A stretch of 64,000 nucleotides of DNA, from the NCBI GenBank assembly GCA_964016885.1, contig OZ024740.1, forward strand, positions 391,220,001 through 391,284,000. Direction: 5' to 3'. A program made the position numbers and the translations under genes. The stretch's first letter is position 1. Every line of letters begins with the position of its first letter. Positions 41,753 through 55,519 of the stretch are shown here, one piece after another. Below the pieces are notes generated by a model, which had not been told where the DNA came from, ran no database searches, and saw only the letters and a list, made by a program, of their open reading frames with translations. This stretch comes from Eledone cirrhosa (taxonomy: Eukaryota).

Positions 41753-41818
41753 TATTTTATTATATATATTTCAAGGGCAACCAAGGCAAATTTTAGTGCG
41801 CTTTCATCAGATAAAATA
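41753..41818 (-). ncRNA. Hammerhead ribozyme, AT-rich family H
   Basis: TATTTTAT-CTGATGA-AAG..CTT-GAAA-TATATA-TA-ATAAAATA, in an islet at ~41711-41895. Confidence 0.75.
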
Positions 41819-41975
41819 CAAATTTGTTTTATAAATAAATATTGACATACTCGCATAAAGACAACCTTAACGGTTGAGGTTCGCTGGATAGTGGAAAAAA
41901 TATTTTATTGAGGGTGATTCAAAGTTATGAGTGAGTATGCAAAATTAAATACAACCTCTGCATATATATATAATC

Positions 41976-42040
<65 letters not shown>

Positions 42041-43932
42041 AGGTCGCTCTCGAGTGCTACTGGTAACATGTAACCCAATACAACCTGTCTCATGGTCGGG
42101 TCGTCGGCGACTAAACCGGCAATCCCACCAAGCTTGCTTGGTGAGGAGGGTGATATTTGGACACCCTGCGGGATAAAATACAAGACTCGGCAAAGGACGG
42201 AGGAACTCAGCAGTCAACGGCCATCCAAATAGTATTTAAAAAAAATTATTTTTTAGGGCTGTCGTATTTTCCGTGCGAACATTTGCACCGAAGATATGTG
42301 TCATCAGTTCAAAAAAGGGTGGTTGGTCCTACACAAGTCTTCACCACTTAAAACAAAACTTTGTGTGAGTAGTTCCTGGCTTTTCTACCACTTTAATCTT
42401 TAAATGGGTATTTCTTAAGGCCTTTCTAAATTGGTTAGCTTATTCATTTCCTGGGGTTGCATCCACGAATATGACGTAAACAAGAGAAGAAACCCTTCAT
42501 TAGCTGTTAACTGCGGATCATAGATGTTTTGGCGCTTAAAACAGGACATCGAAATCGATCAGCAGCGCGCCCAAGGCCTTTTATCAATCAAAAGGCTACG
42601 AGGGAAAGAAAAGATAATGAAGAGAGAGGAAGAAAGAGAAAAAAGGAAAGAGGAAAAAACAAAGTAAACAAACCGAATGGAGGGGACACACACACACACA
42701 CACAGGACAATGGCACATGCAAGTGAATAACCGAGGAGAAAATAGAGTAAGTTACAACGAACCGATTGGACTTAAGTCTTGTGGTCAAATAACTGTGGAG
42801 CGAGGTTTTTCCGTGAGATCTCAGCAAAGTGAGTGTAGAGAGAGAGAGAGAAAGACGGAGAAACCGGAAGTGAGAGGGAGAAGGGAAAGGGAGATAATCC
42901 AAAAGAGGTTTACGACATGTGTGAAACCAGGTCGAAAACGAGCAGAAAGATAGAGAGAAAGAGGGGGAGAGAAAAGGAAGAGAGAAACCCCTCATCGGTT
43001 GTTAACTTCGGATCATAGATGTTTATAATCCAATCCAAGGCCATTCTCTCTGCCAAGTTCCATAAGAAGAAGGAGAAGATGCATTAAACTACACTACTTA
43101 TACTATGCTTCACTGAACGACGTTTCAATAAATCAAAACACCATTTTAATATTATATATTCACCAAACTGTCTAGAATATCAGTAATAAAAGAATTAACA
43201 TTACTAGCAACATCAGCAATAACAAAATAAACAACATCAATTACAACAACTACAGCAACCACAGCAAACATATCAGCTTTGGTATTGACGTTTTATGATG
43301 AGTATCATATGCAGATGAGTCTCTGAAATTCATTTAAGACTAAATATCCATAAATTTCGTTCCAACCTCAAACCAATGATATATGCTCCACTCATATATT
43401 TACATACGTCGATTGAATGTTAACCGGTTAATAAAGTCAATATTGATTTATTACTTAGACTGACAACCACAAATTTGTAGAATGAGGTGATTGCGATATA
43501 TTGGCGTGTATGACTTTCCACAAAGCAACAAAGATATATTTTGGAGTTGTACTTGTTTGGCAAATGACTTGATCTGAGAATGTGTGTTGGAACTGAAACA
43601 ATCGGATAGTGGAATTGCCACGAGAGTCATTTGAAACACAGACATACCAACGTTAAAGTGCTAACAACTTTCGCCACACATCTGTGTGACTCTTCAACAG
43701 AAGTATAATTGAAATAGAATGGCTTAAACTGCAAACTGAAATCTGATAGAAGTTGATTTGAGGCTAATTTACTACTAAAAATCGTCAACCAGCGTGCCCT
43801 AACCAATCCTGTATTGTATTTAAGTTAGACAGTGCACCATGTAGTGCTTCAATATCAGATACCCATGTGGTGCCTGTATCCTTTGGTTGATATCTGTTAG
43901 ATGTATTCCTGCCCTTTGTCATGTTTTACTTC

Positions 43933-45755
43933 TGTAGCAGTTGCCTCCCTTGTTGTGACTCACAACCCCAATAGATTAACAACATCTAGACGGGAAGTAG
44001 AACCCTTTCTGTAACTTCCGGTCAGAACCCTATAAAACTAACAACTTTAAGTTCTCACTCTCTCATTTGCCCTTCCCGCGCCTGGCCTTCGCCAGGCGTC
44101 TTCTGCCAGCCTACGTTTGCCTGGCAATCAAAACGGTAACTACTAACTTTGCCTAATTCTTTTGTTTATTCATTGACATGTCAACTCTATATTGGTAACC
44201 CTGACGTGATACGAACACGCAGCCGTTCATTGTTATAAGTGGTCACCCCGAAAAAAAGAAAAAATAGCAGAATCTGGTGTTGTGTGAGTAACATTACGAA
44301 TACACAGCAAATTTATTGACAAACTATGAAAATACTCAATCAAAGAAACGAACACACCACGCACATGTGAAATTCGCGTTCAGACAGACGTTTTCTCTCA
44401 CGCATCAACTAACTGTCGCATTTCACGATATATATATATGTTTCTCGTTTCTTACAACGAACACTTTCAAAACAACAAAAAAAAAAGAAATTTGATATTT
44501 TTTTAAAAACATTTCAACAGGAACATTTATTTTCGATGAACCATTGCCTTTTTTTTTCATCGTTTTCTTCATCGTTCAAGTTTTTTTTTTCCAAAGTTCA
44601 CACCAATAATTATGCTAAGTGAAGCCTTTCTTTTTAATCATTGTCACTTTCACACTTGCACTATCATTTTCTCGCGCGTTAGAAATATTATTTTTAAAAC
44701 CTAACTTAACCTTGTATTGGCACGTGTAGGCAGCACAAATTCTCGACTCACAGGGATAGCCGCACGCCAGAGATAACGTTTCTCGCCAAGGATTCTTCAG
44801 CCTTAAGCTATATTCTCCTATTTGCCGGTTTAAAAATTTACCACGTAAATTTGCCGTTGAAAACTGCGCATTTATTCAGAATGCTTATTTCTTTGGTCGC
44901 TGGCCTCTTGACCCTTCCAGGTCAACGCATTCTCAACATCGACCATCAACTTCGGCTGTTATTTCTAACACTTTGCGCAACTAATTTTTTCCGATAACAT
45001 TTTTTATTTACTGTGAATTTAATACGCTCACTCCGCGAGACAACAACATCAACAGCAACACAGCTTCATCAACAACCAAAACCAGCAGAACAAGCCAGAG
45101 AATTTATTTTTGCAGCACTCTTCCTGTGAGAAAATCCATTCGGAGGTTGGAAATTTCACGATATACCACAGAACAGAAACCATATTTTGTACATTTGAAC
45201 TTTGAGCTCTTCTCTTACTTTATTACATTGTATCTTTGGGTGATGGATAGATAGATGTCCAGTCGTTCTCTGGCCAAGAGCGGTTGGCTACCTTGACATC
45301 TATCATTGATTTTTGCAAACATTCTTTTGTCGTAATTTTCATGCCTGTTACAACATTCTCGCCAACTTGCTACATATATCATTCGATTTTTATATTCTAA
45401 AATTCTGGCGGGAGGTTATGTAGCAGTTGCCTCCCTTGATGTGACTCACAACCCCAATAGATTAACAACATCTAGACGGGAAGTAGAACCCTTTCTGTAA
45501 CTTCCGGTCAGAACCCTATAAAACTAACAACTTTAAGTTCTCACTCTCTCATTTGCCCTTCCCGCGCCTGGCCTTCGCCAGGCGTCTTCTGCCAGCCTGC
45601 GTTTGCCTGGTAATCAAAACGGTAACTACTAACTTTGCTTCATTCTTTTGTTTATTCATTGACATGTCAACTATACTGTTACATTGTTGATTAAATATTA
45701 TACACACAAACCATGTCTCTTTGTTACATTCATACAACCCAGTATTTCCGCTATA
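43933..45755 (+). mobile_element. Non-autonomous LTR retrotransposon (Gypsy-like, TRIM/LARD size)
   Basis: LTRs 43933-44191 and 45419-45755 (TGTAGC...GCTATA); PBS TGGTAACCCTGACGTGAT at 44193-44210 resembles the tRNA-Trp 3' complement; PPT at 45407-45415; 4-bp TSD CTTC. Confidence 0.85.
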
Positions 45756-47139
45756 CTTCTAATACTTATGACTATCATAAAACTCTTCCTTACACAGTAA
45801 ACCTGGGAGAGGATGCTGATTTAGTCGCTCTCCGCTTGAATACGAAACATTGTATTAGATAACATTATGTTAACATAATCCTAAGGTTTAAATATTTTTG
45901 TTGGGAATATATTCCAGTATGGAGTTGTTATGCGATTATTACAATCGCAACAGATACCGGCGTGATATCATCAGATTACAATACAATTATGTGAGGGAGC
46001 TTCTATGTTTGTCAATCCAGTCGGCATATAATTTGCCACTTGTATTTTCTTGATTACGACAGCTAATATATGTAGTCTTTTTCAATTCGAGCGTTATGGA
46101 TTTTGCAGAGACAATGACCTTGGATTGAATTATATATTTCTATGAGAGAGAGAGAGAGATCTGTTAGATGTATTTCTGCCTTTTGTCATGTCTTATTTCT
46201 AATCCTTTCGACTTTTATAAGACTCTTCCTTACACAGGGAGAAGAGGCTGATTTAGTCGCTCTCCACTCGAATACGAAACATTGTATTAGATAACATTAT
46301 GTTAACATAATCATAAGGTTTAAATATTTTTTATTGGGAATATATTCTAGTATAGTAACTCGTTTTTGACTGGTACACTAATCATTTGTTTCGTAAAGAT
46401 GAAAGTAACAGTTGAACTTAGATGAATTTAAAGTTAGACCATAAAGATATGTAACTAAGTACATCGCTCTCCTAATTTTGCCACAGCGTCGCATTTTTCG
46501 AAAATATCTGTTATTTTCAAAGTAATAAAATAAAAGAGCCATTTCAACTCGCGAGGCTCACACCTGCGGCTGGCCAGCTCAGCGTGGTGGTGAATAGGGA
46601 GGTAGCCCTAGGGCCAAGGACACCAGAAGTCTCCACTGCCAAAGACACGACCGCGAACCTGTCGGAGAGCAAGTAGTTATGTTTAGTTTTTCTAGCACAA
46701 ATCTAGATGGAACATACTACACTTATCGTTGTATAGATAACCCAACTATGAAGGATGAAAATAGTCAACATCTGGTATGGATCAGTCGCTCACAATTATC
46801 CCAGTCCAAATTCGACTGGATTTCCCAAATACGTCAATGTGCACATGGACTTACCGCATCAGACCACCCAGATCTTAACTAGATAGGATATTCTGTAGGG
46901 AAGTAGACAAGGATAACATAGGATATTCATAATTTAAAATAGTCGACTACACACCATACATTTATAATCTGTGTGGTAGATCTATATAGGATCCACAGGC
47001 AGGGACCCGGTTACTAGAAGCTGAAAGCTTCATTCCCGGCGCGCAAAGCTTATAGAGCCCGGATTAATGAATTATTAAGCGGGCGTTGACGGAGGCAATC
47101 GTCAACAAGTGGTGGAACGCTCTGAAAAAGGTGATTAGT

Positions 47140-48010
47140 AAGTTGCTTTTTGGTAATAGATGTAGTAATTTGGTGTGAAATGATGAAAAAGATAATCCTG
47201 TTTGAACTCACAGTCCCACGGGAAGAAGAGAAGAGCATCGTCTTTGAGCGAAAGAGTGCTAAGTATCAAGAACTTGTGCAGGAGTGCACGAAGAAAAGTT
47301 CGCAGGCATGGCTATTTCTAGTTGATATGGGCTGCAGTGGATTCCTGGCTCACTCGGTATGAAGAAGGCTCACTACTATTGGAATGACAGGAAGAGAGAA
47401 GAAGGCTGCAGGTCTCAGAGTGAAGGAGGGAGAAGAAAGGGCCTTTTGTTGCATTTGGAACAGGAGAGAGGAGATAAGCTGGGAGCCAGGGTGTGAAGAT
47501 GAGCAGTAATTTGGCTAACATTGCTGACGTACCAGCGAGAGGGTGTTACGGTTGATTGTTGAAACACCGAATGAACGTTGGACACCGTCTGATGACACCA
47601 ACGCCTCCTGGTCAAGGCTATGTTCACCGCAGGTGAATGAATGTGAGGCAACTTCTTGAAGATGTAATTATGTCTATTGTATTCCAAAGCCCCGATCTCA
47701 TAGAATGGTCTGACTCGACAAAAAAATCTTGATTGTTGAGCTGACAATGCCTGAGGAAGCCAATATCGAGTGGGCTCATGAACAAAAGTATATAAAATAT
47801 GATGAATTAAAGGAATCAGGTGGGTGCTAACCAGGGCAGTGTACATTGGTTCCAGTTGAGTCAAGATGTCTTAGATTTGTGGCTAGATTCACCATGTCCT
47901 ACATGGCTGGTATTTGACTTGGTAAGGAGATTAGAGAGGCGATTCAAGGACTAGTGAGGGAGGCAGAAAAAGCTTCCTTGTGGATATGACAAAAGCATTT
48001 GAGGAAAAAA
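47140..48010 (+). mobile_element. Two tandem 3' fragments of RLE-type non-LTR elements (HERO/NeSL/R4-like)
   Basis: DVVIW..KKIILFELTVPREE..FERKSAKYQEL..GCSGF and PDLIEWSDSTKK..VELTMPEEANIEWAHE: restriction-like endonuclease signature. Confidence 0.75.
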
Positions 48011-48299
48011 AAAAACATTCATCATTGAGTAAAAACATCATAATTTCTTAATGCTGGGAATGGTTAGAACTACATCACAATTCTGATGATAGCGACATGG
48101 ATAACGAGTAAAGTTGTGCCACAGAGTCGAGAATAAAACACGAAAGTCCCTGGTAGCAGCAACGCAGCTGTGCACCCCTCGCGAGAACTATAAAATCGGA
48201 ATGTGACGAAATAGTAGAGAACTCCAGTCGACAGCTGATGAATGGAATGTCCCACTGTGTAAGCTGTATGAAGAATAGTATATATATATATATATATAT

Positions 48300-48645
48300 A
48301 GGTAAAGGGGAAATATCCCTGCAGTCACGAATGGGCATGGGATGTGGGATTTGCACCTAGAAAGTTGCCCTCTGAGGCACAAGTCCCGGCAAGGTTGTTT
48401 GTGGAAGACCAACAGTCGCCCATGCCTGCCGGTCTCCCCTCTCCACGCCACTGATAGTGTCCAAGGGAAAGACAATGGCCAATACAGCTTGGCACTAGTG
48501 ACATCGCAACTCATATCTACAGCTGATTAAACTGGAACAACGTGAAATAAAATGTCTTTCTTAGGAACACAACACACAGCCCAGTTCGGGAATCGAACTC
48601 ACAACCTCACGATTGCAAACCCAAAGCTCTAACCACTAAGCCATA
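48300..48645 (-). mobile_element. CORE-like tRNA-derived SINE
   Basis: Minus-strand head 'tggcttagtggttagagc..gagttcgattccc'; TTTACC tail. Confidence 0.8.
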
Positions 48646-48912
48646 CTATATATATATATATATTATATATATATATAATATATATATATATAATATATAT
48701 ATATATATATTATATATATATATAATATATATATATATAATATATATATATATATATTATATATATATATAATTTATATATATATAATATATATATATAT
48801 ATATAATATATATATATAATATATATATAATATATATATAATATATATATAATTTATATATAATATATATATATAATATATATATAATATATATATATAA
48901 TATATATATAAT

Positions 48913-48954
<42 letters not shown>

Positions 48955-49021
48955 GAAAAAGAGGTGAAATCGAAAATGCAACTGGAGTCTTATTTTTTAA
49001 AAAATATATATTTATTTGGTT

Positions 49022-49059
49022 CCTTTACCGGTTTCGCAGTTCTTCTGCTTTTCAAAAGG
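49022..49059 (-). ncRNA. Minimal hammerhead ribozyme, U3-A8 variant
   Basis: CCTT-TTGAAAA-GCAG aagaa CTGC-GAAA-CCGG-TA-AAGG; lies in the loop of fold-back 48950-49020/49082-49152 within (TA)n. Confidence 0.78.
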
Positions 49060-49210
49060 TGAGTTGAGATGGAGGGTCTAGACCAAATAAATATATATAT
49101 TTAAAAAAAAATAAGACTCCAGTTGCATTTTCGATTTCATCTCTTTTTCTTTATACTTTCACTCGTGTAGGACACCTCGGTTATTTTTCATTTTGTAAAA
49201 AAAACCTCAC

Positions 49211-49294
<84 letters not shown>

Positions 49295-49652
49295 TAAGAA
49301 GTACGCTAGCAGCCAAAGTGTATGATGAAGTTATACCTGTATAAATATAGAGTGTGTAACCGAGACTGCTCCAACATATTAGATATGTGTATATATTTAT
49401 ATATATACACATATCTAATATGTTGGCATGACAATATTCCAGAAAATACGAGTTTCGCTGTAAATTGAAAAAAATGATAAACATCTTAAATCGATTCTAA
49501 CTACGGTCACCGATTCTATCTTCACATGCCATACCCTATAATTCCATAATATATAATTGGGATACCATTTTCACTTTATATATTTTATTAAACAATATCA
49601 AGCTACAATGATTTTCTGATATACTGAATATTTATAATAAAGCGTCAAGTTC

Positions 49653-49797
<145 letters not shown>

Positions 49798-49872
49798 CGT
49801 GCAGGTGTATGCACGAGTGTGTAAATATACCCTACTTTCTATTTATTATAGTTTTATAAAGATGGATTTATA

Positions 49873-50058
49873 GCGGTGGATTGGCAGTATCGGTAGAGAG
49901 TCGGACGCCATGCTTTCCAGCATAGTTAATCCCTTTACGGTCTGAGTTCAAATCCCGCCGAGGTTTACTTTGCCTTTCATCCTTACGGGATCGATAAAAT
50001 AAAGTACCAGTAATGTACTGGTGATTGCTGGCCTTGTGCCAAAAGTAGAAACAATTAT
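49873..50058 (+). mobile_element. SINE family A
   Basis: Head, core and tail. Confidence 0.85.
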
Positions 50059-50239
50059 AGTTTTATAAAGATGAAATACTTTCGATAGTGTAAGAGAAAT
50101 AACTCTAATACTTTCGACGTTGTAAGGGAAATAACTCTAACATACCCCTCGCATATATATATATTTAAAGTAAGCAGTATTCTGCGATCAAGGTAGTGCC
50201 GGCGGCATAACAATAGATTAGTATATTATATATTTATAT

Positions 50240-50895
50240 ATACGATATATTAACAAATGGAAACTATATTTATAAAACCATATTTATTTCATTATACATA
50301 TTTCAAGGACACCAAGTTAAATTATGGTGTGCTTTCATCAGATAAAATATAATATAGATCAGTTTTATAAATAAATATTGACAAACCCTTAAAGAATGCG
50401 ACCATTTCAGTTGGAAGCTCCCGGATAATATATATATATATATATATATATAATTATATTTAATTTGTTGGGATTCAACAAGCTTACACATTTTTATAAC
50501 TGATATAAAGCACTCAACAGATTAGTGGAGTAAATACACAATATATTAATAAATGGAAACTATATTTATAAAGCCATATTTATTTTATTATACATATTGC
50601 AAGGGCCACCAAGGCAAATTATGGTGCGCTTTCATCAGATAAAATACAGATTTGTTTTATAAATAAATATTGACATACCCGGAAAAAAAAACACAACCTT
50701 AACGGTTGGAGGAAGCTATCCAGGAAGCTCCAACCGTTAAGGTTGCGTTTTTTTTCCGGGTATGTCAATATTAATTTATAAAACAAATCTGTATTTTATC
50801 TGATGAAAGCGCACCATAATTTGCCTTGGTGGCTCTTGAAATATGTATAATAAAATAAATACGGTTTTATAAATATAGTTTCCATTTATTAATAT

Positions 50896-50900
<5 letters not shown>
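50240..50900. mobile_element. Family H cluster: two direct units (~297-bp spacing) plus an inverted unit, with hammerheads at 50285-50349 (-), 50581-50646 (-, GAAA>GCAA) and 50792-50857 (+)
   Basis: Direct and inverted similarity is visible; each unit has CTGATGA and an 8-bp stem I. Confidence 0.8.
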
Positions 50901-50944
<44 letters not shown>

Positions 50945-50945
<1 letters not shown>

Positions 50946-51186
50946 TTTAAAAATGATAATAATAACTTCTTTTTCTTCTTGTTCTTGGGAGTGTTGTGGG
51001 GGAAGAGTCTTCAAGCCATCACCTTTTAATTTTAGTTCAATTTAAATTTTTATGCATTTTCCCTTTTTTACTCTGTCTTTTTTCTACACTCCAAACTCTT
51101 ATTCTTGATGAAGGGCAAATGCCCGACACGTCTCTTTCTTTAAGCGTGAAACTAATAACATTTTATGTTACTGCATCCTCTTGTTT

Positions 51187-51190
<4 letters not shown>
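50945..51190 (+). mobile_element. Diverged 3' end related to PLE family A with decayed hammerhead-like core (51105-51132)
   Basis: TTGATGA-AGGGC aaat GCCC-GACACGTC and 'agcgtgaaactaataa' as at ~33000. Confidence 0.55.
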
Positions 51191-51224
<34 letters not shown>

Positions 51225-51658
51225 AATGTACGAAGCCGAATTTTCGGCTTTTGAAGCGCTGAGAATATATGTAATTATATAAGTATAAAGAAAGTGCTCA
51301 AATGCAGAAATGCTATAAAGATAGCTTATGAAATGGGGTGAAGACCCTTAAAATGCGGAAAAAGAATTTGCCAACGACCGCTATGAGAAGTTGAAACGCC
51401 ATATCTTCCAGATACCGACTAGGCGCTTTAACCTTTAAGCTAATTTAACTATATACAACTGGACATCAGCTTTCAGATGCCAGCGAGCAGGCAGAGAGAC
51501 TGACAGACAGTGAAAACAAACAATGTACAAAACCAAATCTTCGGCTTTTGAAATGCTGAGAATATATGTAATTATATTTCATAAGCTATCTTTAGAACAT
51601 TTCTGCGCTGGAGCACTTTCTTCATACATATATGATTACACACACATACACAGGCACA

Positions 51659-51702
<44 letters not shown>

Positions 51703-51739
51703 CACACACACATTTATATATACATTATTAATATTATTA

Positions 51740-51920
51740 ATGGCAGTATCGGTAGAGGGTCTGACGCCAGCTTTGCATCAAAGAGTTTCGGCTTTTATGG
51801 TCTGAGTTCAAATCCCGCCGAGTTTAATTTTTGCGTTTCATCCTTACGGGCTCGATAAAATAAAGTACCAGTAATGCACTGGGATAATTGCTGGCGCTGT
51901 GCCAAAAGTAGAAACAATTA
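51740..51920 (+). mobile_element. SINE family A
   Basis: Head, core and tail. Confidence 0.8.
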
Positions 51921-52042
51921 TTAATTTCAATGTACTCAGGCAACCGAAACTCTCCCGAATTGCCAGCCAGTTACCGAGAATTTCGAACGTAAGGCTTCTG
52001 GATTCGCAACAACGACAAACGCTGGTATATATTTACACTCAC

Positions 52043-52191
52043 CTTGTTGTTTTGTATGAAAGGTTTAAACAAATGGCATTCTTCATATTTCAAGCAACTC
52101 TCAGTCAGCGCCCAATCAAAATATTTCTCAAGTTTTGATGCTTGGTTAGGGTCGTTCTTTAGACCAATAGATAGATTGCGGGAATGTGCCT
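52043..52191 (-). CDS. GH114 glycoside hydrolase, coding exon 3
   Basis: cttcag|AG ... AAG|gtgagt, 149 nt, phase 1 to 0; (E)AHSRNLSIGLKNDPNQASKLEKYFDWALTESCLKYEECHLFKPFIQNNK. Confidence 0.9.
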
Positions 52192-55100
52192 CTGAAGTGT
52201 AAAGAATGAATTATGTATAAATGACACAAACAACACAGATAATTGCTATGGTATCCCCATAATCTTAACTGTTTCACTATAGGGGCTTACATATAATGCG
52301 CGCGCGTGTGTGTGAGTGTGTATGTGTGTGAGTGTGTGTGTGCACGCGTGCGCTGTCTTTGTACCATTCATGGTGTGCGGTGTTTGTAAAGAGAAACAAC
52401 TTAGAAACGATTGATATGATCTTATTGCCAAAATCGCCAAAATAAGGAGTTACTTCCCTTTATACATGTAGGCTTTACCTTTAACTACACAAATTCCATG
52501 TCTCAACTTTATGCAGCAGATGCATTAAGCCTTTTATCATTTATAATGTATGGATATCGATACCTTTACATCCTATGTCCCACATATGTTAGCTAATACG
52601 AATACTTTTCGGATTTTTCTTTCGAAGACATTTTTGGGAGGTCTTTGTATAAGATTAATTAGTTTAAGTAGAAACCTTAAATTATCACGTTGATAATCAT
52701 AAGCTCTGTTTTGTTAGTCATAAACTTAAAGCATTTTAGAAAAAATCTATGATTTGTGATTTTCTTATATTTTAAAGGAAATCAATTGCAAAATCGCAGC
52801 TAAATCACTTCCAATGGGAATTGAAACCTAATCATTAATCATTAAGATTGCTTTATCACACAAAGTGCCACGCTGAATTTCCGTAAGATTTCATTAACGG
52901 TAAACAGGTTGGTGGAATGCTCAGTGATTCGAACGTTAATTTCACGGCTGTTCCATGATAGAACAGTTTGGATACTAATCTGTGGAATCCATTCTACTTC
53001 ATCTTGGTGATTTTGTCGAACCAACAATAATAGAAAGATACACAAAAGAGATATAAACATTAACCACCCAATTGATATTGCTCACATTAGTATGAAGCTT
53101 AACATAGATACAGCATAGCCGAATAGTTAAGAAGTTTGCTATACAATCATGAGATTCGGGTTTTAAACCTTTTGCCTGGCGCCTTGGCCAATTTCTTTTA
53201 TCATAGCCTTGGGTCGATCCTATCCTTATAAGTGAAATCAGGTAGACGAAAACTGTATTGTAATTCAAAGGACAGTACTATCACATAACGTGTCACACTA
53301 TATCTCCTGGATAATTATATCAAGGGTATTCGTGTTTGTTGGATGCTCTGCCATGTACGCATCACATTAATTTAACGATTACGCCATTCTGTTAATCAAA
53401 CGGATATCGAAACTGACAGAGTTTAATTTACTTTATGAAGTCTAGTGCCATTAATTTACGTTGTAAATATTTAGCTTCAAATCTATGATGATTAAGCAGA
53501 CTCACGATGAAAGTTATTCAAACCATGAGAATTTCATCTGATTCGGGGTATTTAGGGCTACACTGTGTAATATATGCCCTTCATTTCTTTGATCAAATAC
53601 GGAGTGATTTGAAAAAAACAATTCGATCGACAATAAAGAGACCCCGTCATAAGATACATTATAAATAATATGTACACGAGTGTTAGTCACATAACTAAAG
53701 TAATATTTTCTATAATATATTTAATGGCCATGATATCTCTCAAGATATCCAATATTTGAAATAAGTGTTTTTTCTAGTCATAGGTCAACACATCTGCACT
53801 GGAGGTGAATGTATGAGAGTGAATAATTTTTGATATTAGTGGTAAAATTTGAACCTGTAGGTATGAAACCACAAACTCCAAGGCATTATTGTTTCTGCCA
53901 TTCGGAATATTAGGTAAAAGAAATATAAACACGAGAATCTAAAAACCTGGCATGAAGTCTAGAATAGCTAACATATCTATCTTAGTGCAAAGAAACTTTA
54001 TAAAATCAGAAAATTGAAGTTGTTTTAATGATATATCGCAAATTAAAAAACGAGAACATACAAAAAACGAGAATGTTTGTCCAGAACACAAATCAATATT
54101 TTTTTAACGTTTTCTGTTACTATTACCATATGTATTCGTAACATAGCGAAAAATAAATATTGTGGTTATTTTTACGAGTATTGTTGCTAGCATACATATA
54201 TATATCCGTAACCTTTATGTAATATATTAACAATTTTGTTTATATTACCAAGAATTACATAAATCAATTACTCGAAAAGCAGCGGACCATTTTCAGGATT
54301 GACATAACGTAATGTGTTGGTTATTTTTGGAAGAAAATATGAACCGTGAGAAAACAGAAGTCATGCTGCATATTTACTCTTTTCTTAATATTAACTCAAT
54401 TATGCATTATAAATAAAAGATTACAGTCTGGCTTCCTGGTTTTATTGGCATTAAGTGACTGAAAATACAAAACCTCCCCCAGTCCATCGCAGGTTTAACT
54501 CCCATGTGCTGCAACTGGTACTAATTTTATGCAAAGCAGACAGACGCAATGTGAAATGAAGTGTTTTGCTACAGAAAATAATGGGCTAATCTATCTAGAA
54601 ATCGAAACCATGACATTGTGATTGTAAACCTAATACCATAGCCAGGCAACATTCAGAGATCAAGCCCATCGTATGTGACTTAGAATTTATCCCTCCAAGC
54701 TCATTAAAATTGATGTCACACTTGTCCTTCGATAGATTCAATAGGTTATACACATTCCCTATAATATTTTGACCAATAAATTCCAACCTATATAGGAGAT
54801 ATCAAATACTTCATCCAGAATCAATCAACTTTATGTAGACCATTCTTTTATCACGTTCTCTCCAGAACAAGATTGATACTCATTATTCAACGTTCACGAC
54901 ATATTCATAGATTATCCTTTATCAGTTCAGTGTTGTATAATGTGAACTCAGCATACAGTCTGAAATCAATACCTTAATGATCAGCTGCAACTATACATTG
55001 AATAAGCCATTATAGCTAGCAAACATTTGAAACGATCTCAAGAATATAGAACAGCTTTAAAAATAGAATATACAAAGGTGAAGATTTCCCCCAAGAAGAT

Positions 55101-55349
55101 GAATCATTAACTTTAAAGTATATCATAACTACTACCATATTTATACCTATCGCATATGCGTCAACAATGGAGCCTTAACAAAATAGTTTGACCAGCCAGA
55201 AATAGCAGATATATCTTCATGAAAGCACTAACGTTTTAAATAAGGACATGACGCATTAGATAATATAGCAAGCCATAAAAGACTAAGAGAAGTATCGAGT
55301 ACTCCTTACAGTTGGTAATCAAAAAGAGCTAGTGAGACAAGTAATAAAA

Positions 55350-55510
55350 AAGAGAAAAAAGAAAAAAGAAAAAAGAAAAAAGAAAAAAGAAAAAAGAAAA
55401 AAGAAAAAAGAAAAAAGAAAAAAGAAAAAAGAAAAAAGAAAAAAAGAAAAAAGAAAAAAGAAAAAAGAAAAAAGAAAAAAGAAAAAAGAAAAAAGAAAAA
55501 AGAAAAAAAA
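55350..55510. repeat. (GAAAAAA)n heptamer tract
   Basis: Directly visible; lies at the 3' end of the adjacent LINE. Confidence 0.9.
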
Positions 55511-55519
55511 AACCCACTA

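Noticed and set aside
42038-42215. Possible HDV-like ribozyme in a GC-richer islet
   Set aside because: The nested double pseudoknot could not be built by eye; probably a retroelement 5' fragment
42480-43025. Direct repeat 'gttaact.cggatcatagatgttt' with a CTGATGA-like core on the minus strand
   Set aside because: No matching GAAA half; element class unresolved
43451-43735. Possible extra GH114 exon (NLWLSV-like text, acceptor-like site)
   Set aside because: Stops in every frame, and exons 3 and 4 already join in phase
47540-47600. GAAAC...CTGATGA in an RLE LINE 3' UTR as a type II hammerhead
   Set aside because: No NUH site or consistent stems
49315-49378. ATGATGA-stem-GAGAC decayed hammerhead
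   Set aside because: Both core halves are mutated and stem I is unclear
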